The notes below the pieces were generated by a model, which worked only from the letters and a program-made list of their open reading frames with translations, made no database searches and was not told the DNA's origin. From Crocinitomicaceae bacterium (GTDB taxonomy: Bacteria; Bacteroidota; Bacteroidia; Flavobacteriales_D; Crocinitomicaceae), in assembly GCA_037189645.1 (NCBI GenBank), contig JBBCIY010000002.1, positions 460,922 to 524,921 on the forward strand: DNA of 64,000 bases, written 5' to 3'. Position 1 is the stretch's first letter. The number at the start of each line of letters is the position of its first letter. Both the position numbers and the translations under genes were made by a program. Positions 49,778 to 58,873 of this stretch are shown here, piece by piece.

Positions 49778-49812
49778 AAAGGCTGCCTTTATAGGCAGCC
49801 TTTCTTTCATTT
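49778..49812 (+). terminator. Rho-independent terminator after the OmpA-family gene
   Basis: Perfect 10-bp inverted repeat AAAGGCTGCC (49778-49787) / GGCAGCCTTT (49794-49803), loop TTTATA, followed by CTTTCATTT. Confidence 0.6.
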
Positions 49813-49879
49813 AACTGTTTAATGTTTCACCGTAAATTATAATTATCTGATTGATTTTTTAGGACACGATCAAGCAGGA

Positions 49880-50119
49880 TCATTTTTTAGGTTGGGCGAT
49901 GTTTCCTTTATTGTTATCATATTCCCTGGTTTCGTTTTTGAAGAAAAAAGATAAAATGATCAGTAAGAAAAAAGAAACACCCAAGATGATCACGAGTGTA
50001 ATTAACGTCTTTTTTATGTTTTCCGAACTCATTATATCTATTCCCCAGATGCCCAGAATAAAATAGGTGGCAATAAAAAGAATAACAGAGGTAACAATAA
50101 TTCCAATAATATATTTCAT
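49880..50119 (-). CDS. Small two-TM membrane protein (last gene of the minus-strand module)
   Basis: 79 aa, two hydrophobic helices separated by a short loop. 20 bp downstream of the SPFH gene on the same strand. Confidence 0.35.
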   Translation of the reverse strand: MKYIIGIIVTSVILFIATYFILGIWGIDIMSSENIKKTLITLVIILGVSFFLLIILSFFFKNETREYDNNKGNIAQPKK

Positions 50120-50139
50120 TTTGACGAGTATTTATCTGG

Positions 50140-51141
50140 TTAAAGATTGTTTAACAGTTCTTTCTTCTTTTCCTCATAATCAGCAAGTGTAATAATGTTT
50201 TCGTCCAGAAGAATTTTTAGTTTTCTTAATTTTTCAGCCACACCATCAGAGTTTTTTGAGATCAGTTCATCGGTCTGATCACTGAATTTCTTGCCTAATT
50301 CCATTCCAACACCGAGTTGAATTCCGGCGCCGGCCACACCTCCTTCATTTTTTGCTGCATCGCGTAAGGCTCTCAGTTTTTCCAGTTCACTATAACTCAA
50401 ACCTGCCTCCTGCGCAGCCTGAACATCGGTAGTAATGTCGGCTATTCTGGCGATGCGTTTTTGGGTTTCGCTGTCAAATTGACTTCCATTTATTCGGAAA
50501 TCGGTTAATTCCAACCCCAGCGATGAGAAATCCTTTTTAAGGATTGAGAACAGCTTTTGGGAAATAGTATTTAACTGCGAATCTATTTCCTGAAAAGAAT
50601 ATTTTTCACTAGCAATTAAAGAAGTGATCTGCTGTGGAAAACGTTCGGAAAGAACAGTTCTCAAATCATCTGCTGTATAGTGGTTTTTGCTTCCTATTAC
50701 ATTGATAAATAAATCGTTGATGGAGATTATTTGATAGGAGAAATTGCCGTTTAACCCCAGTTCAACAGGGATGTTATAAATAGCATCAATGTATTTCAAA
50801 GGGCTTGGAGTACCCCATCCTTGATTAAGTATTTGAGCCTTCCTAAAGAAATAAATATGTAATTTATGTTCACTTTCAAAACTTTTTCTCAGATTAACTA
50901 GTGTTGTGATGAACGGATGATTATCAGTTTTGAGATTGTAAATTCCATCCTTATCAAGGATCTCTGATATTTTCCCTTCATAGACCAATACACATCCCTG
51001 ACCGGGAGCAATGATCAGCTTACTCGAATTTTTTATTTCGTCTTCTTCTGACGGAAATTTATACCAGAGTAGTTCCGGATTTTGATCTTTCCATTGAATA
51101 ACAGATGAAAGTTGTCTGCGAAATAGATTAAATAGTTTCAT
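50140..51141 (-). CDS. SPFH/Band-7 (PF13421-like, YdjI-type) protein with C-terminal SHOCT domain
   Basis: 333 aa. N-terminus MKLFNLFRRQLSSVIQWKDQNPELLWYKFP matches the Band_7_1/YdjI-type SPFH start pattern. C-terminal LADYEEKKKELLNNL is a SHOCT-like oligomerisation tail. Confidence 0.65.
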   Translation of the reverse strand: MKLFNLFRRQLSSVIQWKDQNPELLWYKFPSEEDEIKNSSKLIIAPGQGCVLVYEGKISEILDKDGIYNLKTDNHPFITTLVNLRKSFESEHKLHIYFFRKAQILNQGWGTPSPLKYIDAIYNIPVELGLNGNFSYQIISINDLFINVIGSKNHYTADDLRTVLSERFPQQITSLIASEKYSFQEIDSQLNTISQKLFSILKKDFSSLGLELTDFRINGSQFDSETQKRIARIADITTDVQAAQEAGLSYSELEKLRALRDAAKNEGGVAGAGIQLGVGMELGKKFSDQTDELISKNSDGVAEKLRKLKILLDENIITLADYEEKKKELLNNL

Positions 51142-51198
51142 AAGGTTGAATGTTTATGCGGTTTAATTTTAAACTTAAAAATGGCAGATTGGTTTTCT

Positions 51199-52557
51199 TT
51201 ATTCATACATTAAGTTATATATAGGATTGTGAAATGTATCCATCAGGTTAATTGTTTGTCCATCTGTTTCATTAACGAGCCAAACCTTTCCGTTTTGTGC
51301 TGTTAGCAGATACCCGCCTTCTACGATGGTAGCTGACGCATTACTGAACCCCTTTTCCAAAGGAACGGTCCATTTGATTTCTCCGTTTTGTGCATTTATC
51401 AGTTGAAGGTTGTAGCCGGATTCTGATGAAAGTGTAGGCTTAAAAGATATAAGTACACTTTTTTCATTATAGGCGAGTAGATTTGGAGAAAAATAGAATC
51501 GTCCGGGAGTAAAATTCGAATAAGAAATAAGCCTTGCGTTTTTAGAAGTAAAAAAATCACTGAATGAAGGATTGTCTGAGCTTTCGTTTCGGACAGTAAA
51601 TATGGCTTTTTTTGTAGGATATCCAACCTGTTGGAATTGGTTATATTTAATTAAGAAAACCCTTTCTTTGGCGTGAGGGGCTACTAATCCTGTAAATGTA
51701 TAAGCAGTTCTTTTTTGTGCTTTAGGTAATTTTTCGTTCCCTGTACTTCCGGGATATACCTTTCCAATAATCGGATAGTAATAAGGTTGCTTTCCTGTTT
51801 CGGTCAGCAGATAAAAACCATCTCCGTCGTATTCAGGAACAAAACGGATTTCTATAAATCCTGATTCCATACCCGGAAGATGATTATAGGTTTCCGGAGA
51901 AACTTCCGAGATATCATACGACTGCTGGTTGAATTTGTATAGTTTGTTCCCATTGAAAATACAGTATATATCTCCATTTTCAAATTGACGGATATCTATA
52001 TAATTGGAACTGGCGGATGAGAAGTTAATCCCTTCTATTGGCTTAGAGAAGACCTGTTTACCGTTTGAAACATCATAAATACTTATTATGGATTCCATGG
52101 ATTCTTTATAAGGGGAGACCTTTATTTTCCTTTCTTTATTTCCAAAAACACATGCGAAGGGTCTGTTGTCTGAGTTTACAAATCCAAAGACTTTTATGAC
52201 ATTTGTATCGATCTCTTCCTTTTCAGTGTCAATCGTACGACTAGGTGCCGTTTTGTTTGAAAATGATTTATCTGAAGTCGGTAAAACTGTTATATAGCTG
52301 GAAAATATCCCTATTATAACAGACCCGATTATACCTATGTATATCCATTTCTTCTGTGTATTTGCAGAAGCGGCCTGAGAAGTATTTTCAGTTGTGTGCT
52401 CATCTCCGTTGTGATGATAGTGATTGATGTTTACATCTCCGCTGTCCAGAATAAAGTGAGCTCCACAATTATTGCAGCTGTAACGGTCTCTCCTGAGTTT
52501 TGTATTCTTGACGCTCCCGCACTGAGGACATTTAATTACCTTAAATTTATCTGCCAT
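51199..52557 (-). CDS. Zinc-ribbon / TM / beta-propeller-like membrane protein (paralog 2)
   Basis: 452 aa. N-terminal CPxCG...CxxCG zinc ribbon (KCPQCGSVKNT...YSCNNCGAHF), His-rich segment, one TM (WIYIGIIGSVIIGIFSSYITVL). About 350-aa extracytoplasmic beta-rich domain with PQQ/BamB-like C-terminal repeats. Confidence 0.6.
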   Translation of the reverse strand: MADKFKVIKCPQCGSVKNTKLRRDRYSCNNCGAHFILDSGDVNINHYHHNGDEHTTENTSQAASANTQKKWIYIGIIGSVIIGIFSSYITVLPTSDKSFSNKTAPSRTIDTEKEEIDTNVIKVFGFVNSDNRPFACVFGNKERKIKVSPYKESMESIISIYDVSNGKQVFSKPIEGINFSSASSNYIDIRQFENGDIYCIFNGNKLYKFNQQSYDISEVSPETYNHLPGMESGFIEIRFVPEYDGDGFYLLTETGKQPYYYPIIGKVYPGSTGNEKLPKAQKRTAYTFTGLVAPHAKERVFLIKYNQFQQVGYPTKKAIFTVRNESSDNPSFSDFFTSKNARLISYSNFTPGRFYFSPNLLAYNEKSVLISFKPTLSSESGYNLQLINAQNGEIKWTVPLEKGFSNASATIVEGGYLLTAQNGKVWLVNETDGQTINLMDTFHNPIYNLMYE

Positions 52558-52722
52558 AGTTGTTGTATAGGTCTATTGTAAACAAATATATAAGAAACTG
52601 TTTTATTTCAATCTTTTGGAAGCAATAAAAATCATTCAGTCGCAATTTATGCAAACTTCTTTCACATTTTGCCGGTTGATGTCGTAGTAATGTGATTTCC
52701 GGCGTATCATTGTGATGGGGGA

Positions 52723-54057
52723 TTACAGTTGATTAAAGTCTGTTGAATGAACCGTTTCACCAGTACTTTTATTGATCAGCCAGGAATGTTTGTGTCCGAT
52801 AATTAAATAACCGTTTTCAGCTACTACAGCTTTTACAGTATTTACATTTTCTTCCCAAGGAATGGTCCATTTGATTTCGGCATTTTCAGCATTTATTAAT
52901 TGGAGTTGGGGAAGAGCATCAGGGGCCATTGAGGGTTTAAAGTATATCAGTACATTGTTTTTATCAAAGGTTAATACACTTGCGGAGAAGTAAAGTCGTC
53001 CAGGTGTGAAGTCAGAGAAAGAGATTACTCTTGCACGTTCTTTGGACCATGGGCGCAGAAGTACTTTTTTATAAGGAGAACGGTCCGTGAATATTCCTGA
53101 GCCGCCATAATCTTTTACCCATTCAAATCTGGGAGTATCTCTTGGAAATCCTGATAGGAAGAAGTAATTATATTTTATCAGCTGGATTTTTTCTTCAGAA
53201 AAATCCAATGACCTGGCAGAAAATCTGTAAGCGGTTCTTGTTTCCACCTGAGATGTTGTTTCTGTTATTGCTGAATCAAACTGATCTTTGTTATAGATTT
53301 TTCGGATCAGGGGATAGTAGTAGCGTTCTTTTCCACTGTTTGTCATTAATTTAAAGCCATCTCCATAATTGTCATATACGAATTCAATGAATGCAAATCC
53401 TGATTCCATATCAGGTAAATCCTTGTATGTTTCGGGAGACACTTCGGAGAAGGAGAACGATTGGGGATTGATGCTGAATAATTTTGTTTTATTGATAATG
53501 AAATACATATCTCCGTTTTCAAATTGACGGATACTGACATCGGATAATTTCGGGGCAGCTTCAATGGGTTTCATTGAAAGTTGTTTCCCGTCAACCGGGT
53601 CATAAATACCGATATGCGGAATTTTATTTCCGACTGAAGAGGAGTCGGAAATCTGATTTCCGATAACACATATAAATGATTTTTTATCCTTATTCACAAA
53701 TCCGCAGATTTTTTGAATATCCCATTTGATGACTTCTTTTTTGACCTCTTCTCTTTTGTAGGTTGAATAGGTCGTCTTGCTGGAAGGAGGGGAAGTGAAT
53801 AACGAGCTGATAATCGAATATACGATCGATACAACTATAAAGCTGAGAGTTGTATACCCGATAATTTTAAGAGTCAGAAGTTGATTTAACGGGGAACTCT
53901 GGCGGTCATTATGGTAATAATGATTGATGTTAATGTCATCATTGTCAATAAAAAAATCAGTTCCACAACTTCTGCATTGATAAAGATCAGCTTTGATTTC
54001 CGTGTTTTTGACACTTCCGCATTGTGGACATTTGATTGCTTTTATCTGTTTAGCCAT
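52723..54057 (-). CDS. Zinc-ribbon / TM / beta-propeller-like membrane protein (paralog 1)
   Basis: 444 aa with the same architecture as 51199-52557 (KCPQCGSVKNTEIKADLYQCRSCGTDF; TM LSFIVVSIVYSIISSLF). About 40-55% identical by eye across the full length, including conserved blocks IRQFENGD, SEVSPETY, DGFxL and YYYP. Confidence 0.6.
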   Translation of the reverse strand: MAKQIKAIKCPQCGSVKNTEIKADLYQCRSCGTDFFIDNDDININHYYHNDRQSSPLNQLLTLKIIGYTTLSFIVVSIVYSIISSLFTSPPSSKTTYSTYKREEVKKEVIKWDIQKICGFVNKDKKSFICVIGNQISDSSSVGNKIPHIGIYDPVDGKQLSMKPIEAAPKLSDVSIRQFENGDMYFIINKTKLFSINPQSFSFSEVSPETYKDLPDMESGFAFIEFVYDNYGDGFKLMTNSGKERYYYPLIRKIYNKDQFDSAITETTSQVETRTAYRFSARSLDFSEEKIQLIKYNYFFLSGFPRDTPRFEWVKDYGGSGIFTDRSPYKKVLLRPWSKERARVISFSDFTPGRLYFSASVLTFDKNNVLIYFKPSMAPDALPQLQLINAENAEIKWTIPWEENVNTVKAVVAENGYLIIGHKHSWLINKSTGETVHSTDFNQL

Positions 54058-54211
54058 AAAAATATAAGTCGTTATTTGTTACCAAATTTAGTAAGAAATC
54101 CACTATGGCTTATTTTGTTTTAAACGGGAATACGTTTTTTAGACGTTCTGACAAGTTATTTTTACGCTGGATTTCAGGTTAAATTCTATACTTGTATTAA
54201 TTTTACATCTG

Positions 54212-55396
54212 ATGAGTGATCTGAAGCAATACATTGTCCAACGTTCGGAAGAATTGTTTGAGAAAGTACGGGGGTATCGTGAGCACCTGCACCGTTACCC
54301 GGAATTGTCGTACCAGGAATTTGAAACGATGAAATTTGTTTCCGGTCGGCTGGCAGAACTGGGGATCGAGCACCAGGCCGGGATCGGAGGGACAGGAGTT
54401 GTCGGGATGATCCACGCATCACATCATACAGATGATATGGATGCTGTTGGGTTGCGGGCAGACATGGACGCGCTGCCGATCAAAGAAGAGAACGAAGTCC
54501 CGTACAGGTCCACGGTGGAAGGGGTGATGCACGCCTGCGGGCACGATGTGCATACGTCTGTTTTGCTGGGAGCTGCTGAAATTCTCAATGAATTGAAAGA
54601 ACAGCTGCCACATCCCGTAAAGTTGATCTTTCAGCCAGGAGAGGAAAAAAATCCGGGAGGAGCTTCACTGATGATCCGGGATAAAGTGCTGGAAAACCCG
54701 GCGGTGAGATCCATTTATGCATTGCATGTTTTTCCCGATCTTCCCGTTGGAAAGACAGGATTTAAAGGAGGACTGTACATGGCGAGCTGTGACGAAATCT
54801 ACATCACCATCCACGGAAAAGGAGGGCATGGAGCTACACCACATCAGTGTATTGACCCGATCGTGATCGGCGCGGAACTGGTTCTGAATTTGCAGACGAT
54901 CGTAAGCAGAAAGTGCGACCCGAAGATTCCGTGTGTGCTGACATTCGGCCATTTTGAAGCATTGGGAGCAACCAATGTCATTCCCCCGAAAGCGGTTTTG
55001 AAAGGAACTTTCCGCACGATGAACGAAGCATGGAGGGCAGAAGCATTGCAGCTGATCGAAAAACATGCGCGGGCGATCGTTGAAGGAAACGGCGGACGAT
55101 TGGAAATAGAGATCAGCAAAGGGTATCCGTTCCTGGAAAACGATGAGGAGCTGACCGAAGAGCTCAGGCAAAAAGCTATTGACCTGCTGGGCGCGGACCA
55201 GGTAGAGGACTTACCCATCCGGTTGACTGCAGAGGATTTCTCGTTCTATGCACAGGAAATCCCCGCTTGTTTCTTCCGCATTGGAGTGAGAAATGAAGAA
55301 AAGGGAATAACAGCCGGAGTGCATCACCCACGTTTTGACATTGATGCGAACGCGTTGAAAACAGGAATGCAGATGATGTGCCTGGCGGCTTTTTGA
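54212..55396 (+). CDS. M20D-family amidohydrolase (N-acyl-L-amino-acid amidohydrolase / hippurate hydrolase-like)
   Basis: 394 aa. Metal-binding motifs HACGHDVHTS and ...E.. of M20 peptidases. Dimerisation lid domain. Confidence 0.85.
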   Translation: MSDLKQYIVQRSEELFEKVRGYREHLHRYPELSYQEFETMKFVSGRLAELGIEHQAGIGGTGVVGMIHASHHTDDMDAVGLRADMDALPIKEENEVPYRSTVEGVMHACGHDVHTSVLLGAAEILNELKEQLPHPVKLIFQPGEEKNPGGASLMIRDKVLENPAVRSIYALHVFPDLPVGKTGFKGGLYMASCDEIYITIHGKGGHGATPHQCIDPIVIGAELVLNLQTIVSRKCDPKIPCVLTFGHFEALGATNVIPPKAVLKGTFRTMNEAWRAEALQLIEKHARAIVEGNGGRLEIEISKGYPFLENDEELTEELRQKAIDLLGADQVEDLPIRLTAEDFSFYAQEIPACFFRIGVRNEEKGITAGVHHPRFDIDANALKTGMQMMCLAAF

Positions 55397-55443
55397 ATGG
55401 CGAAACACGTAGCGATGGAAGTAAGAAGTATTTAATTGAAGAG

Positions 55444-56019
55444 ATGAATAAATTAGTGATCATATTGACTTGCCTGATCTGGTTTTCCTGCGGAAAGAAA
55501 GCCGGGGAAGAGCTTCCCGTAACGGATATTCACCACATCCAGGACTTGGGGACGCTGGCAACGACCGAATATACATTTGGAAAGATCGTTCACCTGAACG
55601 ATGATAAGGACTGGTACCGGTTCGGGGACAGGAAGATACTGATCAGGGTGAAGGCAAAAGCGAAAGCGGGTATTGACCTGACCAAAATGAATGACAAGGA
55701 CGTGGAAGTGACCGATGAAGGAAAAACAGTTAAATTGCTGCTTCCCGCTCCTGAAATCATCTCGTTTGAGATGAATCCAAATGACATCCGCACTGAAATG
55801 ACAGATGTGAACGGGTTCCGGTTTGAATTTTCCCAGGAAGAGAAAATGAAAGTGCTGCAATTGGGAGAAAAGAGCATTCGGGAAGAAATGAAAGAGAGTA
55901 ATATTTTAACGGACGCAAAAAGGAACGCACGTGTTTTTCTCAAAGATTTTTACCAGGACATGGGTTATGAACATGTAATTATTGACTTTAAACCTTCAGA
56001 AGAAAGTGGCAGGAAATAA
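55444..56019 (+). CDS. DUF4230-like lipoprotein
   Basis: Lipoprotein signal (LTCLIWFSCGKK). The KAKAGIDLTKM block is typical of DUF4230. Start chosen at the internal Met (55444) of the 55378 ORF. Confidence 0.5.
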   Translation: MNKLVIILTCLIWFSCGKKAGEELPVTDIHHIQDLGTLATTEYTFGKIVHLNDDKDWYRFGDRKILIRVKAKAKAGIDLTKMNDKDVEVTDEGKTVKLLLPAPEIISFEMNPNDIRTEMTDVNGFRFEFSQEEKMKVLQLGEKSIREEMKESNILTDAKRNARVFLKDFYQDMGYEHVIIDFKPSEESGRK

Positions 56020-56659
56020 AAGAGCAGAAATTATCCGGCTGATTATCAATGGTACGGTCATCGCTGCAATAATTGTTGGAGTCGTATTTCTTGTGCGAAA
56101 ATGCAACGCGGGGGAAAATTCGGAATGGGAACTGGAAAATCATCCGCTGAAAATTGAGAACATCCGTAAAATCGCTGAATTGAGCACGGTCAGCTACCTG
56201 GATGAAGTGGTGGTCGATACCATTGAATACTACGACGGGCTGGGCGAGCAGATTACGGGTAACGTAAAAAAGCTGTCGGACATTGAGAACTGGAAATATT
56301 CCATTCGCGGATCAGCAATTAAACGCCGCCTGACGCTGATCGTTGGCGGAGAGGTCCGTTACGGTTTCGACTTAAAAGACACCACTTTCCATACACGTTT
56401 CTCGGGAGATTCTGTTTTTGTTACGGTTGCCCAACCGAAAATCCTGGATATTCTTGTTCCTCCATCGAAAACAACCGTGTTCCAGGAGCACGGTAAATGG
56501 CACGACAGTGCACGGAGAAAGCTGCAGCAGAAAGCTGTCAACACACTGTCGCATCGTTCTAAGCAGCTGGGACTGGAGGAAAAATCAAAGAAACAGCTGG
56601 AATCCCTGCTTCAAAAGCTGATAACCGAAAAACGAACTTTAATTATGACGTACCAATGA
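55982..56659 (+). CDS. DUF4230-like membrane-anchored protein (tandem paralog)
   Basis: 225 aa. N-terminal TM (IINGTVIAAIIVGVVFLV). The RYGFDLKD block parallels the upstream gene. Overlaps the previous gene by 38 bp. Confidence 0.5.
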   Translation: MTLNLQKKVAGNKRAEIIRLIINGTVIAAIIVGVVFLVRKCNAGENSEWELENHPLKIENIRKIAELSTVSYLDEVVVDTIEYYDGLGEQITGNVKKLSDIENWKYSIRGSAIKRRLTLIVGGEVRYGFDLKDTTFHTRFSGDSVFVTVAQPKILDILVPPSKTTVFQEHGKWHDSARRKLQQKAVNTLSHRSKQLGLEEKSKKQLESLLQKLITEKRTLIMTYQ

Positions 56660-57066
56660 AAAGACTGGCTATCCTGTTGATGTTGACGTTTGCAGCCGGT
56701 TGCTCGAAAGAGATACAGAACAACCGTGCACTGGACGGAGACTGGAAATCGGTAGATTTGTCAGTGTTTGACTACAGCGGATTAAAGACCAAACCGGAAT
56801 GTACAGGCAATATGCAGTTTAAAAGCGATGGTAAGAGATCCAGCACAGGAACGTATCGTTTCAGTCTTTACTTCGAGTACAACCAGTCGCCATTGAATTT
56901 TATTGAGCAGGGAACTTATTATATTGAGAATAAAAATAACATCAAGCTGCTTTCATCTGACGGAGAGGAAAAGATCGTAACTTTGGTCTACCATACGAAA
57001 GAAGACCTGGTGCTGGATTTTCCGAATGTTCACTACCTGGCATATTATATTGTATTAAAAAAATGA
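56656..57066 (+). CDS. Hypothetical lipoprotein (lipocalin-like size)
   Basis: 136 aa. Lipobox LTFAAGCSK. No family recognised. Confidence 0.45.
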   Translation: MKRLAILLMLTFAAGCSKEIQNNRALDGDWKSVDLSVFDYSGLKTKPECTGNMQFKSDGKRSSTGTYRFSLYFEYNQSPLNFIEQGTYYIENKNNIKLLSSDGEEKIVTLVYHTKEDLVLDFPNVHYLAYYIVLKK

Positions 57067-57080
57067 ACAGATAAATACTT

Positions 57081-57506
57081 ATGAATAGACTACTACTGAT
57101 TGTGAGCTGCCTGCTCATTTGTGCATGCCCTGCCTTGTCCCAGGAAAAAACCACAGACCGGGCTTTCAGCGAAGATTCCATATTCGGAATTACCGATGAG
57201 ATCGCTTCTTACCCGGGAGGATACAAGGAACTGATGCACTTCCTTTCTCAGAATATCAAGTATCCGGAAACTGCTCTTGAAAATGGCATTGAAGGAAGAG
57301 TTGATTTAAGATTCATCATTGAAAAAGACGGGAGTGTCGGAGAAGTTCAGGTACTGAGGGGAGTTCCGGGCTGCCCTGAGTGTGACCGGGAAGCTGTCCG
57401 GGTAGTCAGGCTGATGCCTGAGTGGAACCCTGCAAAAGTAGATGAGAATCCTGTCCGGAGTTATTTTCTCCTGCCGGTCAATTATAAAATGGTAACATTT
57501 AAATGA
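57081..57506 (+). CDS. TonB C-terminal-domain (energy transducer TonB-like) protein
   Basis: 141 aa. Signal peptide then TonB_C signature (ASYPGGYKELMHFLSQNIKYPETALENGIEGRVDLRFIIEKDGSVGEVQVLRG...). Confidence 0.7.
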   Translation: MNRLLLIVSCLLICACPALSQEKTTDRAFSEDSIFGITDEIASYPGGYKELMHFLSQNIKYPETALENGIEGRVDLRFIIEKDGSVGEVQVLRGVPGCPECDREAVRVVRLMPEWNPAKVDENPVRSYFLLPVNYKMVTFK

Positions 57507-58777
57507 TAACTGCTACTTTACTTATGAAACTCACTTTTGTTATACTACTTCTTTCTTTTTCTCCACTCCGCGCCCAGGTGGCGGGTTGTACGGATCCATT
57601 GGCCAGTAACTACAATGAATTTGCCAGTATCAATAACGGAACGTGCGCTTATTCCACCGTTGAGCTTGTTCCCGATATAAGTATGGTGCTGCCTGCTGAA
57701 ATGAATGAAACATCCGGATTACTGCTCCTTAACGACCGGCTTTTCACCCATAATGACGATACGGATACGAACCTGTATTCATTCGATCCCTACAATCCGT
57801 CCGATTTTACCATTTTTCCCATTCCTTTCGTGACAAACAAAGATTGGGAGGATATAGCAGAAGATGAAACGTACATTTACATCGGTGATTTCGGGAACAA
57901 TGGAACTGGAAACAGGACAGACCTGAGGATTTTCCGGATCGCTAAGTCAGATCTGGAGCAGAATCCGGTTGCAGACACGATCCTGTTCAGTTATGAAGAC
58001 CAGACAGATTTTGCTTCGCATGACCCCAACACTACTGATTTTGATTGTGAAGCGTTTATCGTTACAGAAAATAAGATTTACCTTTTTACGAAGGAGTGGA
58101 TCAGTAAAAAAACGACCGTTTATGAACTGGAGAAAACTCCCGGTACACACATTGCATACATGAAAAGCACGTTTAATGTACAGGGACTGATTACGGGGGC
58201 AACTCACCTGGAAGACCGGCAGCTGGTCGTGCTTTCGGGGTATTCTATAGTTTTACAGCCATTTGTTTACTTGTTATATGACTTCCCGGACAATGATTTT
58301 TTTGGTGGCAATAAAAGAAAGATTCCGATCAGTCTGCCTTTTCACCAGGTGGAAGGAATCACTACCTCAGACGGGCTTCATTATTTCCTTTCGAATGAGC
58401 AATTCAACCAGGGAAGCATTGCGATTGATCCAAAGATCCTGCATCTTGACCTCGAATCTTATCTTTCGGCTTATTTATCGGCTGATCCCTTATCTGTACC
58501 GGAGCTCCATGGAAAAGAGCTTTCTTCCATTCTGGTTTATCCCAATCCTGCAAGTGATTTTATTGTCGTCAGTATCCCGGAAACAAGCATGAAGAACGAT
58601 GAATTATCAATGGATATTGTTGATCCGGCCGGGAAAAAAATAATGACTCAGCAGGTTAGTTGCCCACTGACTGTTATCGACCTAGGTAATCTCTCGCATT
58701 CGCCCGGAATATTCCATGTGCTGATCCGGAATAAACCGGACATGGTTGTTTCAAGGTTGCCCGTTTACATTCATTAA
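57503..58777 (+). CDS. Secreted hypothetical protein, T9SS type-A cargo
   Basis: 424 aa with a signal peptide and beta-propeller-like body. C-terminal Por_Secre_tail (SILVYPNPASDFIVVSIPE...GIFHVLIRNKPDMVVSRLPVYIH). Confidence 0.7.
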   Translation: MITATLLMKLTFVILLLSFSPLRAQVAGCTDPLASNYNEFASINNGTCAYSTVELVPDISMVLPAEMNETSGLLLLNDRLFTHNDDTDTNLYSFDPYNPSDFTIFPIPFVTNKDWEDIAEDETYIYIGDFGNNGTGNRTDLRIFRIAKSDLEQNPVADTILFSYEDQTDFASHDPNTTDFDCEAFIVTENKIYLFTKEWISKKTTVYELEKTPGTHIAYMKSTFNVQGLITGATHLEDRQLVVLSGYSIVLQPFVYLLYDFPDNDFFGGNKRKIPISLPFHQVEGITTSDGLHYFLSNEQFNQGSIAIDPKILHLDLESYLSAYLSADPLSVPELHGKELSSILVYPNPASDFIVVSIPETSMKNDELSMDIVDPAGKKIMTQQVSCPLTVIDLGNLSHSPGIFHVLIRNKPDMVVSRLPVYIH

Positions 58778-58873
58778 GAGAGGTATGGAAGAATAAATCA
58801 GTGTTTGCTGAACAGGCAAGAATTTATTTTTTCTATATTTATTCTTCATTGTAATCGACGTAACTGCTACTTT

